A DNA stretch of 64,000 nt from Moniliella sp. 'wahieum' (Eukaryota). The stretch spans positions 310,001 to 374,000 of the forward strand of contig RSEE01000042.1 of the NCBI GenBank assembly GCA_003971905.1. The letters run 5' to 3'. The position numbers were made by a program, and so were the translations under genes. Positions 13,137 to 26,600 of this stretch are shown here, one piece after another; the stretch's first letter is position 1, and the number at the start of each line of letters is the position of its first letter. The notes below the pieces were generated by a model. It searched no databases and was not told the DNA's origin. It worked only from the letters and a program-made list of their open reading frames with translations.

Positions 13137-13796
13137 GGAGGTTGCTGCTGTGGACGATACGCGGCGAGGGGGGGCTGGGGAGGTCGGGGAGGTGCGGAGC
13201 GGCGAGGCGAGGCGAAGCAAAGCGAGGGAATCCGGCCTGAGTTCAACGTTGAACATTCAATAGGCAACCGCAGTTCAAAAGGCCCGGTGGCTAGAGCGTG
13301 GTTTGAAACATTCAGTGCGTCATCCAGACTTCTTGACACATGTCACATGTCATGCTGGCGCTGACACCGAGGGGGTGGCTGTGGTTGTGTTTTTTTCCGA
13401 GGGACATACCAAGTTGAGAGCGACTCGGAGAAGTGAGAGTTGAGAATTCTGGCGTCGAGCGGGATTGAAGGGCGTGGATTCCAGGCATATGGAACGTGAT
13501 GCGTTGGTGCACTTATACCACCCAACGCTGCTGGGGGCAAGTCGTGTTCGGCTTAGGTCGCGGAGAACGCGTTGGGTATGGGACCCCATTTTGCTCCAGT
13601 TCCATCTGGTGTTTGGTGTGGGGGGCCGATAGTCGAAGAACGGCAAGGAGCGGGCGAAGTGCTTCAGCTCCACCACGTTGGGGCGATGGAAGCCACACTG
13701 TAGTCCTAACTAGCACTCTAGGACTAACTTGACATGGATCGCACTGCGGGTTCAACAACTATACGCGGGATGGAAGGCATAAAATGGAAATGACGT

Positions 13797-16700
13797 CTAC
13801 AGCACCGAATAGCGCCCAGGCGCAACTAGGGCCCCGAGCATCCGCCTCAAATACAGCCTGAGTCGCTTCAAGGAGGATCATCTTGATCTCTCGGATCGCA
13901 TGTTCGATGCGCTCGGGTTCGTTGGACTCGATGAGCAGTTGAAGCTTGGGTGGGTCGCCCAAGTTAGGCTCTTTGCCCTTATCGTAGAACGCGCCTTTGG
14001 AGGTGACCGATGCCCCAGTAGTCTCGACCAACATAGTCATCGTCTCCTTGTTCGTCACGCGCCAGCGGGATTTCTGGGGGAAGTCGTTGATGGGGATGAT
14101 GGCATGGAAGTCGGTCGCGTCGGGGTCCTTGGGTCGGCGCGCAGGGACAAAGCCCTGGGCAGCGAGGCTGGCCTGACGAGCTTCGTGTTGCTCCTTGATC
14201 TTCGACAGGGCGGCCAAGAGCTTGGAGGTGTCTGCGCCACTGGCCGCGGCCGACTTGATCGCTGCCTCCATCATGCTCTGCTGCTGCGCCGAGCGGTTCA
14301 AGTTGGCGTCCTCCGGGGGAGCCTGGATCTTGTTTTCTTTGATAAAGTCGGGCGCAGGGCCCTTGCGTACCTCGATCACCATATCGTTTATGCCGCTTGA
14401 TTCCTCACCACCTTCCGCCGCCGCGCCCGCAGCACCGGCACCCTCCTTGGCGCTTTCCTTGCCTGCTGCCGCCGCCTCCGCCGCTTCTTCGTCACCTGCT
14501 TGGCCGAAGGTCGACTGTTGTGCCTGCAGCGCTTTCTTGCGGTCCGAATCAAGACGCTCCAGACCCTTGCCACGGAAGCCCGAGCCAGACGCATGAGCCT
14601 TCCCAGTCTGTACTTTCTCACCAAATTTGGTAGCCAAAGCTTGCAGCTCGGGAGGAACAGCAGTGTTGCTCGCCTTCAGTGCCGACACAATGTCGCGAGC
14701 GAAACGTTCTTGTTGGGGTGTGATGAATGTAACCACTGTCCCACGGTTGCCCGCACGCCCCGTTCGCCCCGCCCGGGTGCACATAGTCTTCCAGGTGGTT
14801 TGGCACGTCATAGTTGATCACCAACTGGAGCTGCTTGACGTCCAGCCCACGCGCCGCGACCGAAGTGGCAGTGACAATCGGGACGACCCCTGCCTTAAAG
14901 TGCGATGGTCGAGTCGCGGTCCACTTGATCTTTGCCGCCATGGATGGACATGGTAGGGTACCCTTTCCGCATCAACTCGCGCAACAGGTCGTCCGCCGAC
15001 TCTTGTCGTTCCACAAAGATCAGCGTACGGGCATCCTCATCATTGTACGTCTTGCCCAAGATTTCGAGCAAGCGGGTGAACTTGGTGTCCTCCTCGCGCA
15101 CCTCAACCAGTTGCTCAATTTCCGGCGGAACCACGCTCTTGCCCCCCACAACAATCTCGAGAGGCTTGTGTTTGAGAACCTTGCGCGCCAAGCTCTCCAT
15201 CTGCTTGGGAAAGTCGCAGAGAATAAAACAGTTTGACGTTCGGGGCGAATGTTGTTGACAATGTTGGTCACCTGCGGTTCAAATCCCATATCAAACATCC
15301 GATCTGCCTCGTCCAGAACCAGGTACGTTACCCGGTGCACGTTGGTCACCCGCCCCGAGTTGGCTGTCAAGAGGTCAATCATCCGTCCCGGCGTCGCAAC
15401 CACAATCTCGGCCGTCTTCTTCATCTCGGCGATTTGTTCCGAAATGGGCACACCACCATAGACACTAACTGCTCGTAAGCCCAGACCACGCAGAAATGGA
15501 CGACACTCGCGGTAGATCTGCACGGCCAACTCGCGAGTTGGAGTCATGATCAACGCAATGGGACCTTCGCCCGGCTCGAGTGGACGTTGGTCTTTGATGT
15601 GCCGCAGCATTGGCAACAGGAACGCCATCGTCTTTCCCGACCCCGTCTTTGCCACCCCAATCACGTCCCGGCCGGACATGGCCGGGATGGCCTGGGCTTG
15701 GATGGGCGTCAGCTTCTGGTAGCCCAGCTGCTTGATCACCTCCACCGTGTTGGCCGGTAAACCAAGATGACTCCACTTGGTAATTGGCCGTGGGCAGTCC
15801 TTGCCACGAATTGAGATGCCGTCCAACTCGCGCCGAAGCTCGTCGCCTCTTCATCGCTCATCTCCTGCACTTCCGCAGGCGGGTGGTAGAAGGCTTTGCG
15901 GAACGGCTCATACTCTTGCTTGCTGTGGTCCGTCTGCGGCATGCCTTTCTTCTTGATGTTCTTGGCCGCTGCCGTCATGATGGCATCAATATTGGACAGC
16001 TTGCCCAGCTGGTCTTCCTCCTCTTCCTCGTCCAGGTCTTCCTCAGCATCGGATTTGCCGTCGAGCTCCTTCCGTGCATCCGTCGTACCATGCGATGCGC
16101 CCACTCGTGTCCGATCCATCTCGTCCACCTGTTTCACCTCTTTCTGACTGAAGCCATATAGGCTTCCAGTGGATCCTCCTCTTCGAGAGAATCGACTCCA
16201 TAGCGGCGGCCGCAATGGGCGCAACATTGTCTTTAGACAGGACCGGCTCGTCGCTCAAGGCCGAACCGGAGGAACGGTTGAGCAGCCGGGACAACGATGG
16301 TTTCTTAGGAGCTTCTTCCTCAGCCATATGCGACAACTTGAATGGGGTTGTGGACTTGCGGGACGTAGACCCCCCCACGAAGAGCAAATCCCTTGACTCG
16401 GCCTGTCTGCAGGCTGGCCGGCTCTGGAGGAAGGAAACAACAAAGACAAAGAAAAACAGCAGTCAGTTAGGCAACATTCAACGTCAATCGATCAGGAGGA
16501 AAACGTACTGGCCGGTGGGGGTGGGGCCGACACGGTCGCAGAAGGGCCCTTGGCGGACAGACTCGGATTGGCACTCTTATTTGCCTCTTCTTCTTTTTTG
16601 GCCCGCCGCCACGCCTCGAGTCGGGCCTTCTTGGAAAGCTTGTCGGTCTCCTTCGGGGCCGGCGTAGTGGTGCTGGAGGGGGTGGATGCTGAAGCAGGAG

Positions 16701-17087
16701 CAGGGGCAGGAGAGGTACCCGCCGCCGCCCTGCAGGGGAGGGTGCAGGGGTGGTGCTAGGGGCGGAAGGGGCGCTGAGGGAGCTGACGCGACCGAGGGCA
16801 GAGGCGCACCACGCGTGAGAGCGCGTGGCGGTGGGCGGGCCGGGGGGGGAGCAGGGGCAGGAAGAGGGGCGGGCGGGGGGGCCTGGTCGAAGCGGGACCG
16901 GCGCGAGGGCGGGGGCGGGGCGGCAGGGGGCAGACGGTCGGGGCAGGACGCTTGAGGCTGCCGCCGTGCCAGCGGCTGCGGGGCGGAGCGTCATGGGACT
17001 GCTCACGAGGCACCGAGGAGGCGAAGAAGGGGAGTGGTCAGGGGGGGCTGCGGGGCGCGGGGCGCAGTGGCCGGCAGGCTTACTCAT
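13797..17087 (-). CDS. PRP5: Pre-mRNA-processing DEAD-box helicase Prp5/DDX46
   Basis: RLEAWRR and [13 protein letters not shown]-terminal motifs, [51 protein letters not shown]-terminal [20 protein letters not shown]. Start approximate. Confidence 0.95.
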
Positions 17088-17678
17088 GGTGGCGCTCGAT
17101 GCCGCCGCTGCCAACGGCGACGGAGACGGCAAGGACGCCTCCGCTGCGGCTCGGGCCCCCGCATGCGGACGGGGGGCATGGCGCCCGTTCCCAAGGCCAC
17201 CGCCAACAGGCGTGGCGTTCTGGCGGCGGTCCCAGCTCATGGCAGGTGTAAGTGCGTGCGGAATGCAGCAGCCAGCGGCGATGGTTGCCCAAATGCCGCC
17301 GAGGGCGCGCAGGCGCAGCGGGGGCCCTTGGCGGGTTACGTCAGCTGCGCCCTGCTGGTTCCGTCGGGCGTGTGCATGCCCTTCCAGAGAAGAAAAGCAG
17401 CAGCAACCCTACTTATCCTACCAGCCCCGATGGTGTCCATCATCCATCATGCATCATGCACCATGCCCCCCTGCAGCCCATGGTCGGCTACGTCTCGGCT
17501 ACGAATGGGGGACTGGGACGGAACATCAGACGAGGCGAGGCTGTGGGATGCGAATGGCAGGGAAATTGGATTGGTACACATGAGTGAGAGAGATGCAGGC
17601 CGAGGCAAGGGGAGTAGGAACGAGGCGGGGGAGCGGGGATGGCATGGTAGCTGCCACCTTTTCATCCGTCGGGAACAG

Positions 17679-19109
17679 TTAAGGCTGCCAACTCGGGATC
17701 GGCACACGTGGTGGCCCAGCCCGGGAAGCCAACTGGTACGGCGCAAGGTGCGGCGGGTTAGCAGCGAGTGCTGCAGAGGCAGCAAGGGAAGGCTGGGAGT
17801 ACATGAGCGCACGGGCCATAGTGAGGGGGTCGGGCGTGCTAGCAAGGTAAGACGCCGACTTGGCATCCGCACGAGGAGGCGGTAGGCACGTAGGCGTAGC
17901 CCAGACGTATGGTGCAGCGTTCCAGCCAGTCCCGGGGGGTAGCAGGCATGGTGTCATCGGGCTGGAAAAGGAACTAACCATAGGGGGCGGCAGCAAGGTG
18001 CGCGATGCATCCCCAGTGGGCAGACGGGTGGGGTAAAGGTAAACTCGCCCGTGGGCACTCGCACAGGTTGGGGTGAGATGGGGGAATAGACACCGTTCCC
18101 GGGCACGGACAGAGACGCCGTCCGTTGGTACCGCAGAGGCGAGCACTGGATAAGGCGGGTGTGGCAGGCGAGGACGCGAGGAAGGCCAAGGGAGGGCTAG
18201 CTGCCGTGTGATGCATACCGGAGCGCTTGTTGCTGCGCAGCCAAATCGGACGCTTGGACTTCCGAGGCGCGCTGAGCCAGCAGATGGGTTACATGCGTTC
18301 CCACGTAGCAAGTTGGTCGGAAGTAACGTGAATGCTAAAGCCTAGGCCAGCCATAGTTGCGCTTCACACGCCGTGACAAGCTTAGTCGGGGAGCGCCACA
18401 ATGTCTGCCCACGTTTTGCTCGTATAGGTATGGTCCTCAAGCAATTTGTTTGCCAACACCAGCCCGGCCACGGATGCACGGTACTCGGACTGGGTTCCTC
18501 CGAGTACTTCCGGGTGGAGACATTTTAAAGCGTCGGACATACAGTCTGCGCCCAACTTGTGGTCAGTACATGAAAAAAAGGAGCGTAGGTACATGACTTA
18601 CAAGGCCACCAACAATGAATCATGTGTTGGTCGCAAGCTGCGAAAGACGTCCCGTAACCCGAGACAAACTGAGGACAGGGCCGTAAACGGCGACTGGCCC
18701 GGTCCGCCGCAGAGGAGGAAAGGGGAGGTCTGCCGGGTAGGAGACCGTGGGTCAAAGCGGTGTAGGAAGTCGGCTCGGAGAGACTAGGCCAGGCGGGCCT
18801 GGAGAGAACCACAGGGAACAGACAACTTCGGCAAACCACTTCGCCATTTCCGTAGGAAGGACGAGTGGATCGTGCACGGGGTCGCTTGGCTGTGGGTTGA
18901 ATAGCGGGCAAGGGGTGCATCGGGCGTGTGAACGACGGGGGGTAGTCAGTGCATGGAGGCTGCAAGGGATGGTAGTGGTGGGCAGGAGGGGATGGATGGG
19001 AATGGGATGCCTTGCGCTTTGGCCTGGACAGTGCCGCAGGAATGGGATACTGGACGGTAGCGGGGAGGGAGGACATGGAAGCGTAGCGATTGGTCTCCAT
19101 GGTGGTCAT
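17679..19109 (-). CDS. Pho80/Pcl-family (Clg1-like) cyclin
   Basis: Cyclin box QSEYRASVAGLVLANKLLEDHTYTSKTWADIVALP, then after a frameshift KLVTACEAQLWLALGFSIHVT, matching the family pattern L.LANKFLDDxTYTNKTW..E..FL..L.F.L.V; Pro-rich flanks. Confidence 0.75.
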
Positions 19110-20701
19110 GGCAAAGGCGAGCACACCCAGAGGAGAAGAAGTATGGCGTGGTGGCGGTGGTGGCGGTGGTAGGAGCACAGAAGCAAGCAAAGTTGTGTGG
19201 GGGGGAAGGAGAAAAATGGGCAAATGACCGCCAGAGCTAACTAACGTCTAGCCGTCAGCTTCACGTTGCGGCGCGTAGACAACCCATAGAAAACCTACGG
19301 TGTGAGCATGGGGCGGGCGTGGGGCAAGACGGGTTAGGCGTTGAGAGTTTGCAGGTGTGAATCAGTGATGAATATGCATGCGCGTATTAATCACCACCGT
19401 CGGGCGTTTGCGGCCGGCACCCGCGTACCACGTCTTGGACATGGTGGCGGGTGGTGGCGGGCAAGTGGAGCGAAAGGGTTGTCTGATCTACGTAGCATGC
19501 GCAGCCGGTAGCATGTAGCGTGTCGTGTGTGCGCCCCCTTGGCCAGATTCAAAGAGCGTCGAGCCTCCCCACTGTGTGGCGCAGCCATCAGCATGCCTAC
19601 GCATCATGCACCACACATCAGCCCTCCGTCGTCTCATTCTCCTCGTCTCATCGACTCATCGCCTCATCCATATTCGATCGCAATATCGCATCCCACAGCC
19701 CATGGGCCCAGACTGAGGCGCTGAGACGCTGAGACGCTCTGACGCTGGAGGCCCTAGTAAGTGTTGCCCGAGCCTCAGCAGTGCCGAGCTCGACTCGGTG
19801 CAAGCCAGCCGGCGTGATCGAGTGATCGTGAGGCGGTGACTATGAGCCTCACACGCCTCTCAGGGCCTGAGGCCCTGACCTGAGGCTTCCAGGTTCTAGC
19901 TGCTTCAGCTTCATGCAAACTCCATGTGAAGGTGACTGGTGACCTCATGTCACTGGTAAAGCCGGTGAGCTTGAACTTCCAGTTGAAGCGTGTGGCGTGT
20001 GGACATGCTGGACAAGTGGACAAAAGACCGTCCCACCCATTCGCCCATGCTTTGATCCCATCGCGCTACGGCATGCGTGGGAAATGGAGATGGACGGTCT
20101 CGATGATGGATGATGCCGATGATGTGTTGTGCAGGGCGCATGTGCATGATGCATGATGGGTGATTCGGCCTTCGAACGGCGGCCAGGCGGGCTTGCTAGC
20201 TCCATGCTACACGAGGAGAGCAGTGGCAGGGGGCGACAGGAGGAGGATGTGTGATGCTGATGGAGACGCAGAATGTGTGACATGTGATGATCGATCGATG
20301 ATCGATGATCGCGGATCGAGAGAGCTATTCATTAATCAGCGACAATCGACAACGGTTGAATTCTTCGTTCTGAACAGTTTGGGATCGCTTGAGCTTGAAG
20401 CGTGAAGCAAGCTAGTCCAAGCTTGAGTTCCTTGAGTACCTTGCGCTTCAAACAAAAAACCACGCCCCCAGCCATGATGCATGCATGATGCATGACGCCA
20501 AATACGTGGCGCATGGCGCGTAGCCAGTAATTAAAAAACAGCGGTTGCTGCGGCTGCTGCGCCTACTCGACGATGGTTGGTCCTTGGATATCTCTGGTTC
20601 CCGGTGTGGCGGCCACATACTTCCGAGGGGCCCAATTATTTCGAGGCCGTCACACGAAGGCATGGGTGCCCTACGCACGACACCCTCACCAATCATCATT
20701 G

Positions 20702-20728
20702 CATCATCATCATCATCATCATCATCAT
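20702..20728. repeat. (CAT)9 microsatellite
   Basis: catcatcatcatcatcatcatcatcat read directly. Confidence 0.9.
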
Positions 20729-23509
20729 TATCGACCCCATGTAGCTCCGGTTTGCCGATATGCACCGTTTCATTGTCCCTGTTCAAGTTCTGTATTACTG
20801 GTATGAAAAACTCCAATAGAAAACTAAGTACTAAGTACTAGTACTGCCTTCAACGCACTGTGGTGGTTGGCAGAGCAAATTAGGCCTCTGTGCGGTGACC
20901 GGTGACCAGCCAGTGACCATGGAGTTCACGCCAGATACTTCTCCTTACTAGTTACTCATTTTGCGTTAACGCCATTTACCGGATATACCCGCCGCGTCTT
21001 CTGCCGCGTCCAGCCGCCCCTTTTTCTTCACGCTCTCCCACCCAACCCCCAACCCCCTGGCACACACAATCGCGGCGCACAGGCACAGGCACAGCAGGCT
21101 GGGAAGCCCCTCAATCCTGCATCCAGAGCTTCATCGAAGATTGCCCCCTCCCTCCATAGTGGGTGGGTAAATGGCGTGCGCTAATGCGACGAATGCATCG
21201 TCGGGGACCGGGGCTTGTTGAATCCCATGGTCACATGCCACATGTCACACCGCCACAACGCCTCCCATAGAGCTGAGCTAAATTTCGCCGTGCCTGCCTT
21301 CTCGGAGCACCGGCCGCTCCATACCCAAAATTCATATGCTCCGTGTCAGCAGTGACTATAGTGAGGCTCGCTGTATAATACGCGCTCCAACCTAGTCACT
21401 ATGTTCACATTGTTCACAACAGAACGGCCTGGTTCATTTCTACAGAAGCGCGGTGGCTGTCGTCGTTGGTCAGGCGCCCCAAGCTGGGGGGGCTGGCAAC
21501 AGCTCCGGTGCCGCAACGACGGCGGATATATCCCAGGAACCCTTAATAACCTGGCCTAAGGGCTAAGGCCTCTAAAAAGGACTAAAGGCCTAAAAGGCCT
21601 AAAATTCAAAAGGTCTGACTAGTAAGCCGGTAACTCTAGTAAGGCTCAGCTCCCGGCTTTGGGCCAGCCACGGCAGGCCACGGCTACCCAAATTCCCAAA
21701 CTCGTCCTTGGCAGAGGGGATACCTCCGCGGTCCCGGCCAATCAAGTCCCCTGTTGTCACGGGCTGCGGCGGACCCAAGATGGTCCGACCCAAGCTAAGG
21801 CCCGCCTGCTCCGCACATGCCAAGTAGAGCGTGCACCGCAGGCCAATCAAGTGTGATGACGGTTGGCTAAATTAAGTACCGTGGCCCGAAAGGTCATGCT
21901 CCGTGCGACAATAGTCCCCCCGCCAAGTCCAAGTCGGCCGGCCTAAATAAGGCCACGAGCTTCCAGTGCCGTGGCGACGACTGTCGCCCCGTCCCCGTTT
22001 CCTTTTCCTTTCTCGTCGCGCCTGCGGCGACCAACCCCGCTTTTGACATGTCTTCCTTTCTACACCCCCTCTTGTATCCGTTTCCCTTTTTGATCCTGCC
22101 TGTACCCTGGTTGATGGGGATCTTTTCCCCCACCTTCCATTCTCGTCATCTCTCGTCTCCACCCTCGTCCCTTCCCGCCTATCCTGTCCGACTCCTGCCC
22201 GTTTTCCAGCCAATTGATCCAGTACAGGCAGCTCCTCTTGTTAGCGCCCGACATCTCCGACCTCGTCCTCCAGCCCTTCGTCAGTCCAATCGCGCGAGCC
22301 CTCCTTCGGTCGCGGCGATTCCCAGTCCCAGTTAAGGCAGTGTTTGTCCGCCGCTGCCTCCTCCCGTCCCTCAGTCCCGGAGGCTTCAGACCGTTACTAA
22401 GGCCCAGTCCAGATGCTCCAGAAGAGGCTCCAGAGAGGCCCACGGCGGTCTGTTTATCTGACCAGTGAATCTAGTCAGTGACTAGTGAGGCTGAGGTGAT
22501 CCGGAGATCACGCGTCACGCGCCACGAATGACATGTGACAATGATTAAGGAAATTTAATGCCAGGTCCCCGGACTCGGCGCAACCAGCAACCCCCAACCT
22601 CCCCCGCAGCACACCCTGGCGCTGAAGCGCTGAAGCTTGAAGCTTGAAGACAAAAGGGGGCCGGAGAAGTCGGAGAAGCTCATTGAGCTCAGCGAGCGCT
22701 CATCGCTCATCCGTCACGGTCACTAGGTCACTAGTCACTTGGTGCTAACGGACATGCCATCCCGTTGTCCATTGACCGAATAGAAACCATCGACAGTCCA
22801 CCGGCAAATGCTCAGCGGCTCAGCGCTGAGCGAGCGCCCATATGCCACAAAAAAGCTGCATCAGCCATCTGCATCATCAAGTCAAGCATTTGCTTTCTTA
22901 GGCTTTGGCCTTAGGCCTTGGACCTTACCGCTTACCGCTTACCGGTTACCTACCCGGAACCGGGAGTTACCGGCCGGTTACCATCAGCGCCTCAGCCTTT
23001 CAATCGTTGCACATTGTGCCCAGCGCGGCCAGCTCATAAAAACCCCAACAAGCAGTGATTAAAATGATCGCAACACAAAGCCCGCAATAGGCCACAACTC
23101 TCTGGAATCAGGTACCTCAGTGGTACCTGCTCGTCGTCTGGGGATCATGCATATCATGCATCATGCACGGCGCTCCGCCACACATTATAATACTTGGGTC
23201 GGTCGATGGTCGCACCCCTGTTGGCACGCTGTGCCTGTGGCGGCGCCAGACTAAACGAATCCGTCAAGCCACGCAGATGAAGTTGTGGAACTTGTGCATT
23301 ATGCCACCTGGCTGTGCCTGTACGTGTGTGACGGTCTGACATACGGCTGCGGTGCAAAAGAGGCGGGGGGGGGGTGGTCTCATTAGCATTATCCACACCT
23401 GCCCCACACCTCCTGAAGGAGTGTATATCCCGTGTGGATACGAGCATGCGCCGCGGCAGTGCTGCGGCTCGCTCTGAATTGATATCATGACACGCATGAT
23501 GCGGAGGGT

Positions 23510-23620
23510 CTTCAAGCTTCAAGCTTCAAGCTTCAAGCTTCAAGCTGGAAGCGCCGTAAGATCTAAGATCTAAGATCTAAGAAGGAAGCTTCCGGGTTCA
23601 ACGTTCAACGTTCAACGTTC
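23510..23620. repeat. Three adjacent 7-bp-period palindrome arrays: (AAGCTT-C)4+, (AGATCT-A)3+, (AACGTT-C)3
   Basis: AAGCTT at 23514, 23521, 23528, 23535; AGATCT at 23559, 23566, 23573; AACGTT at 23600, 23607, 23614. Confidence 0.95.
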
Positions 23621-26600
23621 GATACGTGACGGGCAGTGCGTGACGCCGCGACAAGCCAAGCCCAGCATATATGACCTCGAAGAGACTGTAAGGCAATAAC
23701 GGCACTAATAAGAGAGAGAGCGATCGCGGCGAGCGGTGTTCAGTATTAATTGCAAATTGCTGAAGAAGTAGTGATGGATTAACGGCAACGTAATATATAC
23801 CCCCGCCATGCTTTTTTGGATAGCGGCTTGATGAGATCGATGAGCTCTCGCATCGCTATTCAATTCTCATGTGCACCAAAGGGTTCGTCGCAGTAACAGC
23901 GAGAGAAAGGCAACAAAGGCGCACAATGAGCTCGAGTCACTAGTCACATGTCCCGCAGTCCCCTCATACCAGCTATAATAATCAGGTAAATCTTCTCCCA
24001 GTACTCTTCACCGATCCTGTCTCCTTTCTCTCTTGTACCAGTGCTTCCCTTCAGTGCTTCCCTTGGTACGTGGCTCTCACTCGTATCGTCCGACCCTTAC
24101 ATGTTACAGCTCTCTGTGTGTCCTTTAACGCGTTTTTATATACTGCGACGAGTTTATATATGCCGCTCAGTTTTTGTTCCCACTATGTTCACTGCAGTTG
24201 TTCACAGTTTGCATGTGCCTCTCTCATGCCTCAGTGCCTCATTGAATTTCCACGCTGACGTCACATGTCACAGGACACGCCACCATCGTGACGCCACCAA
24301 CCGAGCCTACCCAAAATGTATACCCAGCAAGAAAGCTGTGGGGCCGTCGCGCTCATTTTTGTCAACCAGCATCAGCCGCCCAGGGGTGCCTCCGGGGGGA
24401 GGTTGGGGGCCCACCGGTGCAGGCGACACTAGGCGACACCACGCCATCTAGCGAGGATGGGCTTTGGGGCATGCTGGGGCACCCATACTGTCGGCACTGG
24501 AAACGGGCGCTACTCCATTACGTATAGACACCACACAAGCTTTTTATATTCGCCTCTCGACATAATCTGATGCGTATCTGCACATCCCATCAAAATCGTC
24601 GTCATACTGACCCGAATCCCAGTGTGCTAGTGTGCTCTCGAAGAACAACAACCCCACCTCCTCTATTGTAGCACAGCGGCCCGACGGATAGGATCTCGAT
24701 AACATGCCAACACCGTATTAAGTGCGCGCAAGGAATGCACAGACACGCGGACCGTGACAGATGGAAGTGACTGACACGGTGTGTTGGCAGATAAACGGAG
24801 TCTGGCACTCGCATCAACATGGTTGATGAGTTACATCGCTGTGGTGATTTCCCAAGTGTTTTCTTTCACGCCGAGATGAATTCTAGACCCCCTGCAAGAA
24901 TCAATTCACTTTCGTCAATGAAACACATCATTTGTTACTTGGACATTCCATGGTCTCACCAGTTCCCCCTCCCAAACCTGCCAACAAGCCAGTTCAAATG
25001 GGGGCATCCAAAGTCTCCATATCGAAATTCCTTGTGCCGTTCCTGTTTGCGCAAGCGAGAAAGCTCGCGTGGCAACATGTCACCCTTGGTGGTCTATATA
25101 AGCATTGCCAACAACTTCTCAAACAGCATAATCCTAGTAATAGTGAAAGCCAACTCGTTCTTCGGTACACCCGTGTTGTTGTTCGTATATACCCTGATCA
25201 TTGGAAAAGAAGAGATGAAGCCAGGCAAAGAAGTCACCGTGCGTAAGGATCACCACCAGTAGTGAAGTGATCACAGTGAGCCTTTGGATCTATCACTGTG
25301 AATAAGGGAGACATAGAGCCCTCTCTAAGTTCTCTCGTGTAATGATATGCATGTACTAAATGGGAATTGGAGGGGACTCATGAATTGGCGTTCATTTCAG
25401 AGCGGCGCTCACCCACCCACCCACATAATATGAAGCTCACATCTCCGCAATCCTCCCCCTCCCCCCCCCACACACATGCCACGCAAGAGAAAGACTCGAT
25501 TCCTCTTCTTGAGTCAAAGAAGGATTGCGACAAAAGGATATCAAGTACCATGGGCAAAACAACCCAACTTTTGGCTCGTTAGTGATGAGCTATGGCGAAT
25601 GATCTTACGCCCATCATGGTAACAATCCATCTCTACTTTCTGAATCTATATCATTGATAGAGCTTAAGGCTGGGACAGGGGAACGCTAGGTCTAAACCGA
25701 ACCGTTCATCTTGCGGGGGTTACTTGGAAGCGCCACTAAGGTCAAGGACCAGGGGGATCGCCAGGATATCAGGACCCTCCGGTTCTCGCCATCCGGTCCC
25801 GTACCCTAGGAAGCGCGTGTGGACACGGATGAACGTGGTTGACATCCGAGCGAGGAACCATTCCCACTGAGACTTAGTAGCCAACTCCTTCCAATGCGCA
25901 AACAACTTGCCCGCTGTCTTGGTGCCGTAGTATCCTCGCGTCGTCAAAACCCATATGCGAGTAGACATCAAAAAGTGCCAACAACCCTACTGCTCCCCGA
26001 CCGAGTCGCGTCGACGCGCCGCTCCACCACCTTAAAAGGGGAGCGGTGGTGCAAAGAGAGTTAAGTGGTGGAGAAAGAAGGAAATGTGGAGAGCAATTGA
26101 GGTATTTGCGACAAAGATACGGGGGGGGGGGGCAAGAAGAGGGGGGGGACAAAGGGGGATGAGTGGAACAAAAGGGAGGGAATGGAGCAAGGATGATCGG
26201 TGGTCCAGAGAGGTGGTGGGCTCGATCCATGTAACGTGAATTACGACGACCCTGTAACAGGCGTGCCCAGCCGGGGGACTCACCCACGTTGGTGAGGTAC
26301 AATCCCTTAGATGAAGGACGACTCACGGTAGTTTCGGGCTTGGGCTTTTGGTGGATCCGAGCCGAGGAGAAGCCTTTGGGCGTGAAGCCGAGGCGGCCGC
26401 ACCCTTGGCAAGGCTGCATATGCGCCGGCTTGGGGTAGTAACGTGTCTGAATCCTCCCGGGCTCAGGGACGGGTAGATGCAGTGGAGGACAAACACTGCC
26501 AGAGCTGAAGCTGTGGGCAGGGGCGGCTGTCGACGTAGCTATGAAGGGAACCCACGCGATATGCTCTGTGATACGGGGAATCGACGCGGCTGAAGGAAGG

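Noticed and set aside
23510..23620. Cloning polylinker/vector contamination or CRISPR array
   Set aside because: The restriction-site-like hexamers are tandem, often degenerate and dispersed through native intergenic DNA; there is no 25-40 bp repeat-spacer structure and no cas gene.
24266..24780. LTR starting TGTCACAGG
   Set aside because: No matching TSD at the candidate TGACA ends; TGTCAC is part of an ACATGT-C unit.
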